Below are positions 49,819 to 59,180 of a stretch of DNA of 64,000 bases, piece after piece. The translations under genes and the position numbers were made by a program. Positions within the stretch are counted from its first letter, which is position 1; each line of letters starts with the position of its first letter. Origin of the DNA: Myxococcota bacterium (GTDB lineage: Bacteria > Myxococcota_A > UBA9160 > UBA6930). The stretch covers positions 2,784,001-2,848,000 of the forward strand of contig OZ245015.1 in assembly GCA_965223705.1 (NCBI GenBank), in the 5' to 3' direction. The notes under the pieces were generated by a model. That model made no database searches, had not been told where the DNA came from, and saw only the letters and a list, made by a program, of their open reading frames with translations.

Positions 49819-50997
49819 GTGAACGGAGACTCGATGCCCGAACCGACCGATCGAATCGTTACGGTGGACGCCGACGGCCACGTGCTCGAGCCGCGAGACA
49901 CCTGGATCCGCTACCTGGAACCGACTTTTCGCGACCGCGCGATACGGATCGAACGACAGGGAGACGGTGAAGTGCTCGTCGTCGACGACACGCCGATCGA
50001 GGCTCTGCGGAACCGGATGGCACTCCTCGGAGGGATCGATATGGACCCCGCCGAGCTGCTGCGACCCTCGGGCCCGATGGCCTATGAGGAAGGCTGCCCG
50101 CCCGGTAGCTACGACCCGGCGGCCCGTCTGCGCGTCATGGACGAGGAAGGCGTCGACGTGAGCCTCCTGTATCCGACCATCGGTATCTGCTGGGAAGGTG
50201 CCGTACGCGACGGGACACTAGCCGCCGCGTATACACGCGCGTACAACCGCTGGATCGTCGATTTCTGCAGCCACGACCCGACGCGGCTGGTTCCGATTGC
50301 GCACATTTCGCTGCTCGATCCAGAGCTCGCCGTCACCGAGATGGAACGCGCAGCGAGGGACGGTTGCCGCGGCATCTACCTCTCGCCAGACCGCGCGTCC
50401 CGAGGGATGCGTTACTTCGACGCGCCCGAATTCGACCGCGTGTGGGCCGCGGCTGCGGATCTTTCCCTGCCGCTCGGATTCCACGTGGTCGTTCGCGATC
50501 ATCGCTCGCACCGCTATTTCGATCCCACGGACGAGCGGGCCTACCGGTTCGGCCTGTTCGATTTTGCGTTTCTGGCGATCGATGTGATCGCGGCGTTTAC
50601 GGAGTTCCTCTCGCTCGGAATCTTCGAACGCTTCCCGACACTCAAGCTGTCCGTGCTCGAATCCGGGGCGAACTGGATCTCCGCTTGGCTCGACCGCATG
50701 GACCACAAGTTCGAGGTGGTGAAGAGCAGCACGATTCTGAAGATGCGCCCGAGCGAATACTTCTATCGACAATGTGTGGTTTCCGCCGATCCCGACGAAA
50801 CGCTCACGGGTGCCGTGGTCGACCACATGGGCGCCGATCACTTCGTGTGGGCCTCGGACTACCCGCATGTCGATGCGGACTTCGGCGTCGTCGACGAGAT
50901 TCGCAAACACTTGGCCGGCCTCTCCGCGGAAGCTCAGCGGAAAGTGCTCGGAGAGAACGCGCTCCGCTTCTACGAACTCGAGGCTCCGAAGTACTGA
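49819..50997 (+). CDS. Amidohydrolase_2 family metal-dependent hydrolase/decarboxylase
   Basis: DADGH, RAYNRW, LESG, WASDYPH and LGENA motifs. Confidence 0.9.
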   Translation: MNGDSMPEPTDRIVTVDADGHVLEPRDTWIRYLEPTFRDRAIRIERQGDGEVLVVDDTPIEALRNRMALLGGIDMDPAELLRPSGPMAYEEGCPPGSYDPAARLRVMDEEGVDVSLLYPTIGICWEGAVRDGTLAAAYTRAYNRWIVDFCSHDPTRLVPIAHISLLDPELAVTEMERAARDGCRGIYLSPDRASRGMRYFDAPEFDRVWAAAADLSLPLGFHVVVRDHRSHRYFDPTDERAYRFGLFDFAFLAIDVIAAFTEFLSLGIFERFPTLKLSVLESGANWISAWLDRMDHKFEVVKSSTILKMRPSEYFYRQCVVSADPDETLTGAVVDHMGADHFVWASDYPHVDADFGVVDEIRKHLAGLSAEAQRKVLGENALRFYELEAPKY

Positions 50998-51004
50998 CGG
51001 CGAG

Positions 51005-52093
51005 CTAGGCCGCGACGCTCCGCTTCGCGGCCGCGCGCAGCTCCGGCATGATGTGCTTCGAGAAGAGCTCCTGGGTCCGCATCGCTTTCCAACGATCGAT
51101 ACCGCCGTAGTAGCTCATGATGATGAGTTCCTGAAAACCAAACTCACCGTGCAGGTCGAGCAGCTGCTGGCCCACGTCGTCGGGCGTCCCGACAAAGACG
51201 ATGCCCGCGTCGAGCAATTCCCGGTACGAGAGGTCGCGCAGCGCCGGGAAGTCATCGGCGGCGTAGAAGGCATATCCCGCGTCGATCAATCGTTGTTTTT
51301 CCTCGGGCGTTGTCCTCGCCAAGCTGTCCATCGGCGAGACATTGAAGTCGACGAAGTTCCGCACGGCTGCCTCAGCTTCGACGCGAGCACGGTCGGCATC
51401 TTCGTCGATATAGATCGCCTTGATGTAACCGAGCGTGGGCGACGTGCCCGCTTTCGCGCAAGCCGACTGGTAGTAGTCCGCCGCCTCCTTGAAAACGAAC
51501 GACGGAGCCGGCCCTCCGACGCATACCCCCCAGCCCGACTGCGCGGCTCGCTCGAACCACTTCATACTCGTGCCGACTTGGAAGATCTTCGGGTACGGCT
51601 TTTGGAGCGGCTTGGGCACCACCGAGAGATCGTTCACCTGGTAGTACTTTCCATCGTAGGAAAAGCGCTCTTCGGTCCACGCCTTGAGGAGAATGTCGAG
51701 CGCTTCGACGTAGCGCTCCTGGTTCTCTTCCATCACGATGTTCGCCGGTTCGTTGAGCCAGGCGTGGCCCCGACCCACGCCACACTCGATCCGACCGCCT
51801 GTCAGGATGTCGGCCTGCGCGATCTCTCCCGCGAGGATCATCGGGTTGTGGAGCGGCAATGTGTGACACAACGCCCGAAAGCGGAGGTTCTTCGTGCGCT
51901 GCGCCAGCGTGCAAAACAACGCCAGCGGATTCGGGTTGATCGCGAACTTCTCGAAAAAGGGATGTTCGAGTGTGGTGAAGACGTCAAACCCGCGTTCGTC
52001 CGCATGCTCGGCGAGCCGAATCACATCATCGATGAGTTCGGCGTGATCCCGTCCGGGAGGACACTGAATTTCTGTGTACGTTCCAAACTGCAT
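51005..52093 (-). CDS. LLM class luciferase-like flavin monooxygenase
   Basis: GFD..EHPF, LPLHNP..E..D.LTGGR..GVGRG and PKPLQKPYP motifs. Confidence 0.9.
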   Translation of the reverse strand: MQFGTYTEIQCPPGRDHAELIDDVIRLAEHADERGFDVFTTLEHPFFEKFAINPNPLALFCTLAQRTKNLRFRALCHTLPLHNPMILAGEIAQADILTGGRIECGVGRGHAWLNEPANIVMEENQERYVEALDILLKAWTEERFSYDGKYYQVNDLSVVPKPLQKPYPKIFQVGTSMKWFERAAQSGWGVCVGGPAPSFVFKEAADYYQSACAKAGTSPTLGYIKAIYIDEDADRARVEAEAAVRNFVDFNVSPMDSLARTTPEEKQRLIDAGYAFYAADDFPALRDLSYRELLDAGIVFVGTPDDVGQQLLDLHGEFGFQELIIMSYYGGIDRWKAMRTQELFSKHIMPELRAAAKRSVAA

Positions 52094-52096
52094 CGA

Positions 52097-53221
52097 CTAG
52101 CCCTCGGTAAAGATATGAAGCGGCAGGAGCGCTGATACGACCATGTTCGGGACGTCGACGAGTTCCGCAATGCGCAAGTCGACCGCAACACTGCAGATCG
52201 CATACGCTTGTTGATCGGTAAAGCCGCGGACGTCCACCAGGTGATCGATCATGTTGAGTAGCGCGTTCCTCGCCGCCAAGGTGACGTCTTCGGACCGCGC
52301 GACTCCCTCGCGGGTGAAGGACTGCCCCGTGGTCGCGAAAAAGCGGCGCGGCGCGGCGTGTTCCGGGTTCGCAAAGTAGTCGTCGCAATAGAATTCGACG
52401 TTTCGGAGCTTTCTGTCACGGGCTTCGCCCTTGCGGAGCTCGAAACTCCCGTAGAACGTCGCCGACATTTCCACGGCCGTTCCGCAACTCTCGTTGTCGC
52501 CCTGGGCGAAGTGCGCGTCCCCCACCGAAAACAGCGCACCGGGGACATACACCGGAATCCGCACCGTCGTTCCCCGGGTGAACTGCTTGATATCGAGGTT
52601 GCCGCCGCACTCGTGGGGCGCGACGGTCCGCATGGCGCGCGCCGCGATTCCCGGATCCGTCGGGACGGCGCACGTGGGGTCGGGCAGAAGAGCGACGCCA
52701 CCGGCCTCGGCGAGCGTCCTCTCGCGGGACTCGATCTCGTCTAGCAGACCCGCCGAGGGGGCGTTTCCGATCACCCCCATGAACGGAGCGCCGGGGATCG
52801 CCACGCCGGGCAGGTCTTCCGAGGTCGCCATGCCGTTCGCGATCTTCCAACGCACGATGAAGGGCTCTGTAAACACGTCGCGAAGAAAGCCAAACCCCGG
52901 TACCTGCACCGTGTACCCAAATGGCTCGGGAGCGACTTCGTGGACTTTCACCTCGAGCATGTCACCCGGTTCAGCACCTTCCACGTACACCGGCCCCGTC
53001 AACGGGTGGACCACACTGAGGTCGCAATTTCCGACCGCTTCCGCTTCGGTATCGGGGCGGATCTGCCCGTCGAAGGCGTCGCGCGTTTCGATGCCGACGA
53101 CTTGACCGGGACGTACCTCGACAACCGGAGGGACGTCGGGGTGCCAGCGATTGTGTCCGAGGTGCGGTTCCTCGGCGAGCGTCTTGGCTCGGTCGATCTC
53201 GATGTAGTGGTCGGCTTTCAT
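52097..53221 (-). CDS. Acetamidase/formamidase family protein
   Basis: HNRWHPD, HPLTGP, GGNLD, GDAHFAQGD.E and AYAICS..DL motifs. Confidence 0.92.
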   Translation of the reverse strand: MKADHYIEIDRAKTLAEEPHLGHNRWHPDVPPVVEVRPGQVVGIETRDAFDGQIRPDTEAEAVGNCDLSVVHPLTGPVYVEGAEPGDMLEVKVHEVAPEPFGYTVQVPGFGFLRDVFTEPFIVRWKIANGMATSEDLPGVAIPGAPFMGVIGNAPSAGLLDEIESRERTLAEAGGVALLPDPTCAVPTDPGIAARAMRTVAPHECGGNLDIKQFTRGTTVRIPVYVPGALFSVGDAHFAQGDNESCGTAVEMSATFYGSFELRKGEARDRKLRNVEFYCDDYFANPEHAAPRRFFATTGQSFTREGVARSEDVTLAARNALLNMIDHLVDVRGFTDQQAYAICSVAVDLRIAELVDVPNMVVSALLPLHIFTEG

Positions 53222-53727
53222 CTCGTGTTCTCCGTGCGGGGCGGCGGCGCCACTTCGTTCGGCCCTTCGCCGGAAGCGACGAGTTTCTCGATGCGGAGCG
53301 AGAGGTGCGCGATCTGCCAGCGATCATCGATGCATTGGAAATCGGCGCGGTAGGTCGCTCCGAGCCATTTGTGCACCGGGGTCTCATCCGCGACCTCGTC
53401 CGCTGACATCGTCAGCAGCTCCCACAACCACCAGAACGCCTCTGCGGCTCGGCCGTCCGCCGAAAGCTCGATCATCGGGGACACGGGGAAGTGGAGGGAC
53501 CAGAGGATCCGGTCACGCCCGATCTGCGCGAGCTCTCGGCAGATCGCGTCGCGACCCTCGAATCTCCCGAAGCCTTCGGCTTCCCAAACGGCGTCCGGGG
53601 TGAGGAGCATCGCCATCTGATCGGGATCGTTGTTCGCGTCACCCGCGCGCGCATACGCCGCAATCACGTCCCGGATCTGCTCCCGCGCGACCAGCCAGGC
53701 GACCTGTTGCTCGATTGTCGCGCTCAA
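53218..53727 (-). CDS. SnoaL/NTF2-like protein
   Basis: REQIRD..YARA.D..TPDAVW..GRDAI..H pattern; coupled to both neighbours. Confidence 0.82.
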   Translation of the reverse strand: MSATIEQQVAWLVAREQIRDVIAAYARAGDANNDPDQMAMLLTPDAVWEAEGFGRFEGRDAICRELAQIGRDRILWSLHFPVSPMIELSADGRAAEAFWWLWELLTMSADEVADETPVHKWLGATYRADFQCIDDRWQIAHLSLRIEKLVASGEGPNEVAPPPRTENTR

Positions 53728-54068
53728 TCACCGCCCCGCTGGGAACCGTGCGCCGCGATGAAGCGACGCTCTTCAAAACTGAATGGAACGTTCGGATCGC
53801 CCCCGTAGAGCTCGACGTTCGGTGCGATTTCCGCGTGCATCAGAGCGAGGTGAAAAAGCCGTTGCGACGCTTCGGGTAGCGCGCCGAGCGGAAACTGATC
53901 GACATGGTCGAGGATCGCGGGAAGTTCCGGGAGCACCGCGTCGTAGAACGCTCGGAGCTCCTGGGACGTCGCGCCCAACCGCTTGTCCCACCGCTCGTTC
54001 TGGGTTGCCAACGACCACGCCGGCACCCACGCTTCGAGCGACTCAAAACCGTCGGGGAGCGCGCTCAC
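53724..54068 (-). CDS. Conserved-looking small hypothetical protein downstream of the Rieske oxygenase
   Basis: LPDGFESLE..WSLAT..R..R..ELRAFYDA; GTGA overlap with the Rieske gene. Confidence 0.75.
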   Translation of the reverse strand: MSALPDGFESLEAWVPAWSLATQNERWDKRLGATSQELRAFYDAVLPELPAILDHVDQFPLGALPEASQRLFHLALMHAEIAPNVELYGGDPNVPFSFEERRFIAAHGSQRGGD

Positions 54069-55270
54069 GGCCGCGCCCCACGGAGATATTCGTCGAGCAC
54101 GAAATAACCGTGTCGGACCAGGATTTCTTCGTCCTGGAGGTGCATGTGGGTCTTTGCACCGGATTGGAGCGAGAAGAACGTCCCTTCCATGGTTGCGGTG
54201 TCTTCGAGCCACGCGTTCCGCTGTAACACGATGGCGTGTTCGAGGGCCCACTTTTCGCTGTGGGTCCGCGGAGGTCGAACGTAATACTTCCCTTCCCATA
54301 GGCACCGGTCGTGACCGATCGGCCAGAACTGATGCGTGAACCAGATGCCCTCGGCCACGTGAAGCAGCCAATTCGGGAAAATCACACTGAGTTCAAACGA
54401 AAAATCGTCTCGCCGCTCATCGTTGATCGTCGGCGGCAACATCGTGCCCTCGACGTTCTCGACCAGCGAGCCCCGAGCCTTCTGCTGCGCCAAAGCTGCC
54501 ACCGGTGGCGCATCTTTGGGCGGATTGAAGCAGATCGCCGTTGTCCGGTGGTCGTCGTAGAGCTTCACCATCTGAAGCCCGGTCGCGAACGTCCCGGGGA
54601 ACGATCCCGCATGAATCGTGTTGACGTGATACGCCTCCGAGAAGGCGTCGACACCGATCTTCCAGTTGCAGTTGAGCTCCGTGTAGTACGTAAAGTTGTG
54701 GGTCAGCTCGTGATACGGATAACCCGCGAAGTGCTCCCCCATAGCGCCGAGGAACTCGTGCAGCGTCTGGGCGGGCTCATCGGCCAAGTTGATAAAGACA
54801 AACCCCTCCCACACGTCGCAGTGGATCTCCGTCAGCCCGTTCTCTTCGCGGCAGAAGCTGGGCGGAAAGCGCTTCTCCTCTTGAACGCCGGCGAGCTGCC
54901 CCTCGGTTCCGTAGGACCACGCGTGGAAGCGGCACGTGAAGACCTTGGCACGCCCCCACTGATCCCAGTCGCCGTCCGGGATCACGACGTTATTTCCGCG
55001 ATGTGAGCACGTGTTGTGAAACGCGCGGATCTCGCCGTCCTTGCCCCGCACGAGCAAGACACCCGTGCTCGCAAAAGCGAGCGATTTGAGCTTGAACGAA
55101 CCGACTTCCGGAAGCTCTTCGACCCGGCCCATACAGAGCCAGACCTTTCGGAAAACGCGATCGACTTCGCGCTCGTAGACCGCACGGGAGATCACCGGCT
55201 CCGTGGAGACGGGTTCGCTGCCCAACCACGGGTAAGCTTCGGCCCAACGTCGCTCTGTGTGGTCACTCAT
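54065..55270 (-). CDS. Rieske non-heme iron oxygenase alpha subunit
   Basis: CSHRG..CRFHAW Rieske ligands; NWK..EAYH..IH and ED mononuclear iron motifs. Confidence 0.94.
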   Translation of the reverse strand: MSDHTERRWAEAYPWLGSEPVSTEPVISRAVYEREVDRVFRKVWLCMGRVEELPEVGSFKLKSLAFASTGVLLVRGKDGEIRAFHNTCSHRGNNVVIPDGDWDQWGRAKVFTCRFHAWSYGTEGQLAGVQEEKRFPPSFCREENGLTEIHCDVWEGFVFINLADEPAQTLHEFLGAMGEHFAGYPYHELTHNFTYYTELNCNWKIGVDAFSEAYHVNTIHAGSFPGTFATGLQMVKLYDDHRTTAICFNPPKDAPPVAALAQQKARGSLVENVEGTMLPPTINDERRDDFSFELSVIFPNWLLHVAEGIWFTHQFWPIGHDRCLWEGKYYVRPPRTHSEKWALEHAIVLQRNAWLEDTATMEGTFFSLQSGAKTHMHLQDEEILVRHGYFVLDEYLRGARP

Positions 55271-55925
55271 GGGCGTCTGCGGTCCCGCGTTTCGCGATCC
55301 GGACACTGCAGGGCCGGCCGATCACTTCGCCGAGTTCGTTGTATTCGCCGTACTCCGCGCGAAACAGGTCCATGCCCCACTCGCGCGGTTGGGTATCGAA
55401 CCACAGCTTGGTGTGCGCACAATAGTAGAGGACGTTCTTCTCGCCGAAGCTCCAGTCGTAGGCTCGCTCGGTGACGCCGAACGAGGCGGGATGGCGCGTC
55501 GACGTCGCCGCTTTTCCTTCTTCGAGCATCCGCCCACCGCTCGGACAGTGCGCAAAGCGGAAAGTGAACGCCTCATCGTTTTCTTCGCAGGTGAAGCGAT
55601 AGCCGTGAGATCGGAGAAACATCGCGTAGACGGCGGCGAGCTCGCTGGGATCCTTTTCGCGGTAGGCCTCAAGGACCGGGCGCCACAACCGCTCGCCGAC
55701 GAAGCGCCAAGCCTCCTCCACCGCTTCTTCGCCGAGCTTCTCCCGCACGTAATCGAGGAACACGGCGGACATGTCGCCGTACAGATCGTGGATCGGGCGA
55801 CCTTCCTCCCAGATGGCGTCCACAGCCTCGAGGGCGTCGTCGGTCCTCCCTTCGCGGATCGCCGTCTTTGCGCGATCCCGCGCGGTTTCCATCCAATCTT
55901 GCCGAATCGCGGACTGGCCGGTCAT
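55263..55925 (-). CDS. Hypothetical protein with HCPSGG and YCAH motifs (V4R/ATC-hydrolase-like fold suspected)
   Basis: GGAGG RBS; overlaps the Rieske gene start; spaced Cys residues. Confidence 0.7.
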   Translation of the reverse strand: MTGQSAIRQDWMETARDRAKTAIREGRTDDALEAVDAIWEEGRPIHDLYGDMSAVFLDYVREKLGEEAVEEAWRFVGERLWRPVLEAYREKDPSELAAVYAMFLRSHGYRFTCEENDEAFTFRFAHCPSGGRMLEEGKAATSTRHPASFGVTERAYDWSFGEKNVLYYCAHTKLWFDTQPREWGMDLFRAEYGEYNELGEVIGRPCSVRIAKRGTADAHE

Positions 55926-55959
55926 GGTCGCCTCCGGAGCGCCATTGTACACGGCCCGC

Positions 55960-57177
55960 TCACCCGATCAGGTCGTGGTACAGGCGGTGAATCCGCGGGG
56001 CGAGACTGGGCCAGCTGTAGGATTCGAGCGCCGTCTCCCGGGCAGCCGCTCCGATGCGTTCCTGCATCGCTGGGTCGGCTCGTAGCGCGAGCACCGCTTC
56101 GGCGAAATTCGACGGGTCGTCGCGGATCAGGATGTTCTCCCCGTCGCGCGCGTCGAGCCCCTCACAGCCCACCGACGTACTCACCACCGGTTTTCCCATG
56201 GCCCAGGAGGTCAGGATCTTGAGTCGCGTCCCCCCACCGGCCCGGAGGGGTACGACGTGACAGAAGGCGTCGTGGGCGATGGGACGGATGTCGTCGACGT
56301 ATCCCGTCAGCTCCACGCCGTGCTGTTCGCGAAACTCGAGCTGCTGCTCCGGCGAGCACGCTCCCACCCAGCGCGCCCTCAATTCGGGGACGGTTTCGCG
56401 AAGTCGTGGGAGGATGTCGTCGCAAAAAAAGCGAAGCGCGTCGAGATTCGGGAACCAGTTCGTCCCGCCGATGTAGAGCACGCCGTCGCGACGACTCGAG
56501 TCGGGTCGAAACTCGTCGGTGTCGACCGCATTCGCGATGACTTCGACCCGTGCCCCCGGAGCCAGGGCTCGCAGGTTGCTCGCGTCCTCCTCGGAAACGG
56601 CGACGTTGCACGCCACCCGTGGAAGCCAGCGCACCTCGTCGCGCTCGGTCAGTCTCGCCTGATGCGCGAAGTAGCGTCGCATCCATGGCGGACCCTCGAC
56701 CTCAGCGCGTCGTGCGAGAAGTTGGCTTTCGACGTTGTGGTGCACGCAGACCACAGGCACGGAGCCGCAGTCGGGCAAATATCGGACCAGGTCGAGGCTG
56801 TCCATGTGAATGAGATCGATCGCGCCGTCGCGCAAGAGTTCGCGCACTCGCTTCGCATAAGCGGCGGATTCGTACAAGTAGTGGGTGTAGGCACGGCCAG
56901 AGAGCACTGATCGAAGATGGTCCCACACGAAGCGGGCTCGGCTGTGGTTCTGCGCGATCGCAAACACTTCGGTCTCTGCGAACTCGCTCAGCGCGGCCGC
57001 ACTCTTCGCCGGGTCGTAACCACTGGCGTGCTGTGCGATGCCGCTTCGCTCGAAACAGAGGGCCGTGACTTCAAAGGTTTGCGATAGAAGACGCAAGACG
57101 TGAAAGGTGCGGATCCAGACCCCGCCATCGGGCGGATACGGAAGCGTCTGACACAGGAACAGGAGCTTTCGTTTCAT
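55960..57177 (-). CDS. GT4 family glycosyltransferase
   Basis: PYPPDGG, HHNVE, NAVD, PN.DAL and GGGTRLKIL..AMGKPVVST..EG motifs. Confidence 0.9.
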   Translation of the reverse strand: MKRKLLFLCQTLPYPPDGGVWIRTFHVLRLLSQTFEVTALCFERSGIAQHASGYDPAKSAAALSEFAETEVFAIAQNHSRARFVWDHLRSVLSGRAYTHYLYESAAYAKRVRELLRDGAIDLIHMDSLDLVRYLPDCGSVPVVCVHHNVESQLLARRAEVEGPPWMRRYFAHQARLTERDEVRWLPRVACNVAVSEEDASNLRALAPGARVEVIANAVDTDEFRPDSSRRDGVLYIGGTNWFPNLDALRFFCDDILPRLRETVPELRARWVGACSPEQQLEFREQHGVELTGYVDDIRPIAHDAFCHVVPLRAGGGTRLKILTSWAMGKPVVSTSVGCEGLDARDGENILIRDDPSNFAEAVLALRADPAMQERIGAAARETALESYSWPSLAPRIHRLYHDLIG

Positions 57178-59069
57178 CGCGCCTCGAAGTACTCCCGGTG
57201 CCAGACGGTAAACGCGATCAGGGCCCAGATCTGGTTGTCGAGGTTCTCCGACCGACTGAAGTGGCGATCGAGGATGTTCCGGACCGCTTCGGGCTGAAAC
57301 ACGTCGGCCCTGGCGAGCTCGGCCGGTGCGAGCACCTCCTCGACATAGGAGCGCAACGCGCCCCGGAACCACACGGCGAGCGGCGCGGAAAACCCCATTT
57401 TGCGGCGGTTGATAAAGCCATCGGGCAAGAGATCTCGCCCCACCTCTTTGAGCACGTGCTTGAGACGCATGCCCCGGACCTTGAAGTGCGCCGGAACCGT
57501 GGCGGCGTATTCGAGCAGCTGGTGGTCGAGGAACGGTACGCGCACCTCGAGCGAATGCGCCATCGACACGCGGTCCATCAACGTGAGGAGATCACCGGGC
57601 AAGTAGAGCTTTAGATCGGCGTAGAGTGCGCGGTGAAGTGCGTCCGCCTCGGCGACTTCGGCGACGTAGCGCTCGTAGATATGCCTCGGTTCTTCTGACG
57701 CGATCGCTTCGCGCGCTCTCGCCGTCAACAAAGCTTCGCGGGAGGCGCGGTTCTGATGGCAGATCAGCTCGAAGTAGCGGGTGTCAAAGGGCAGAGACAG
57801 CGATGCCGTGAAGCGCTTCAGTCGTTGCGCCCACTGCCGCCCGCTCTTTGGATCCGGGAGACAAGCTGCGAGGGGTCGAATCAACCCACGCACCAGGGGC
57901 TCAGGCAGCCACGAGAGACGCTCACCGAGTAGCGCCCCGCGATATCGCTCGTAGCCGCCGGCGACTTCATCGCCGCCCAATCCCGACAAGGCCACGGTCA
58001 CGTGGGCGCGGGTTTCCTCGCACAGAAACCAAGTCGGTACGGCGGTAGAGTTCGCGCAGGGATGATCGAACGCGCGGACCAAACGGGGCACCAGGTCGCG
58101 GATGTCCGGCGACATCTCGAACTCGGTGTGTTCCGTTTCGTAACGCTCCGCGAGTTCGCGCGCGTAGACGCGTTCGTCGAAGCTCTCACCCCCGCTCGAG
58201 TACCCGATCGAGAACGTCTTCACGCGATCGGTGTGCCTGGCCATCAACGCGACCATGGTCGCCGAGTCGATCCCTCCGGAGAGGAAGGCGCCGAGCGGGA
58301 CGTCGGCGACGAGACGAACGCGCACCGCTTCCTCGAGCTCGCGCCTCATCCCGGCGACCGCGTCGGCTTCGGTCATCGACGCGTCGACGCGGTAGCGAAG
58401 CGACCAATAGGGTCGGATTTCCGTCCTGCCCTCCTCCACAACCAGGGTATGGCCGGCCCGCAATTCGCGGATGCCCTCGAAAAGCGTGCTCGGCTCTGGG
58501 ACGTAGAGGTACGCGAGGTATTGGTTTACCGCCGCGAGGTTGAGCGATCGCGCGACGCTCGGGTGCGCGAGCACGGCTTTTACTTCCGAGCCGAAAATCA
58601 ACTGGCCGGCCACTTCGGTGTAGAAGAGTTGCTTGATGCCGACCCGGTCCCGCGCCGCGAACAAGCGCCGCTTCGGGGCGTCCCAGATCGCAAAAGCGAA
58701 CATTCCCCGCAGACGCGAGACGCAAGCGTCGCCCCATTCTTCGTACGCGTGGACAATCACCTCCGTGTCGGCCTCGGTGCGAAACCGATGACCCCGATCG
58801 ACGAGTTCCCGACGCAACTCCCGAAAGTTGTAAATCTCCCCATTGAAGACGATCCAGATCGTCTCGTCTTCATTGGAGATGGGCTGCCGACCCCCGGAGA
58901 GATCGATGATCGACAACCGCCGCATGGCCAGGCCGACGCGGCCCACCTCGTGATGGCTTCCGTCCTCATCGGGGCCGCGGTGGGTGATGCTCGCGTTCAT
59001 CGCGGAGAGTGCGGAGAGATCGATCTCGCGCCCGGTGCCGAGGGAGCAGATGCCAACGATCCCGCACAT
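57174..59069 (-). CDS. asnB: Asparagine synthase-like glutamine amidotransferase
   Basis: MCGIVG (Ntn Cys2), HRGPD, FNGEIYN, FLSGGIDS, SG.GGDE, DRVSMAHSLEVRVPFLD and KMGF motifs. Confidence 0.93.
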   Translation of the reverse strand: MCGIVGICSLGTGREIDLSALSAMNASITHRGPDEDGSHHEVGRVGLAMRRLSIIDLSGGRQPISNEDETIWIVFNGEIYNFRELRRELVDRGHRFRTEADTEVIVHAYEEWGDACVSRLRGMFAFAIWDAPKRRLFAARDRVGIKQLFYTEVAGQLIFGSEVKAVLAHPSVARSLNLAAVNQYLAYLYVPEPSTLFEGIRELRAGHTLVVEEGRTEIRPYWSLRYRVDASMTEADAVAGMRRELEEAVRVRLVADVPLGAFLSGGIDSATMVALMARHTDRVKTFSIGYSSGGESFDERVYARELAERYETEHTEFEMSPDIRDLVPRLVRAFDHPCANSTAVPTWFLCEETRAHVTVALSGLGGDEVAGGYERYRGALLGERLSWLPEPLVRGLIRPLAACLPDPKSGRQWAQRLKRFTASLSLPFDTRYFELICHQNRASREALLTARAREAIASEEPRHIYERYVAEVAEADALHRALYADLKLYLPGDLLTLMDRVSMAHSLEVRVPFLDHQLLEYAATVPAHFKVRGMRLKHVLKEVGRDLLPDGFINRRKMGFSAPLAVWFRGALRSYVEEVLAPAELARADVFQPEAVRNILDRHFSRSENLDNQIWALIAFTVWHREYFEAR

Positions 59070-59180
59070 GTCGCGCCCCCTCCCCCGCCCGCGTCCCCCG
59101 AGCGAAAGGACAGAGAGGTAGCGACTGTCGGCTGTCGGGCCAGTCGCGCCCGGAAAAACCCGCGGCGACTCACGGCGGCA

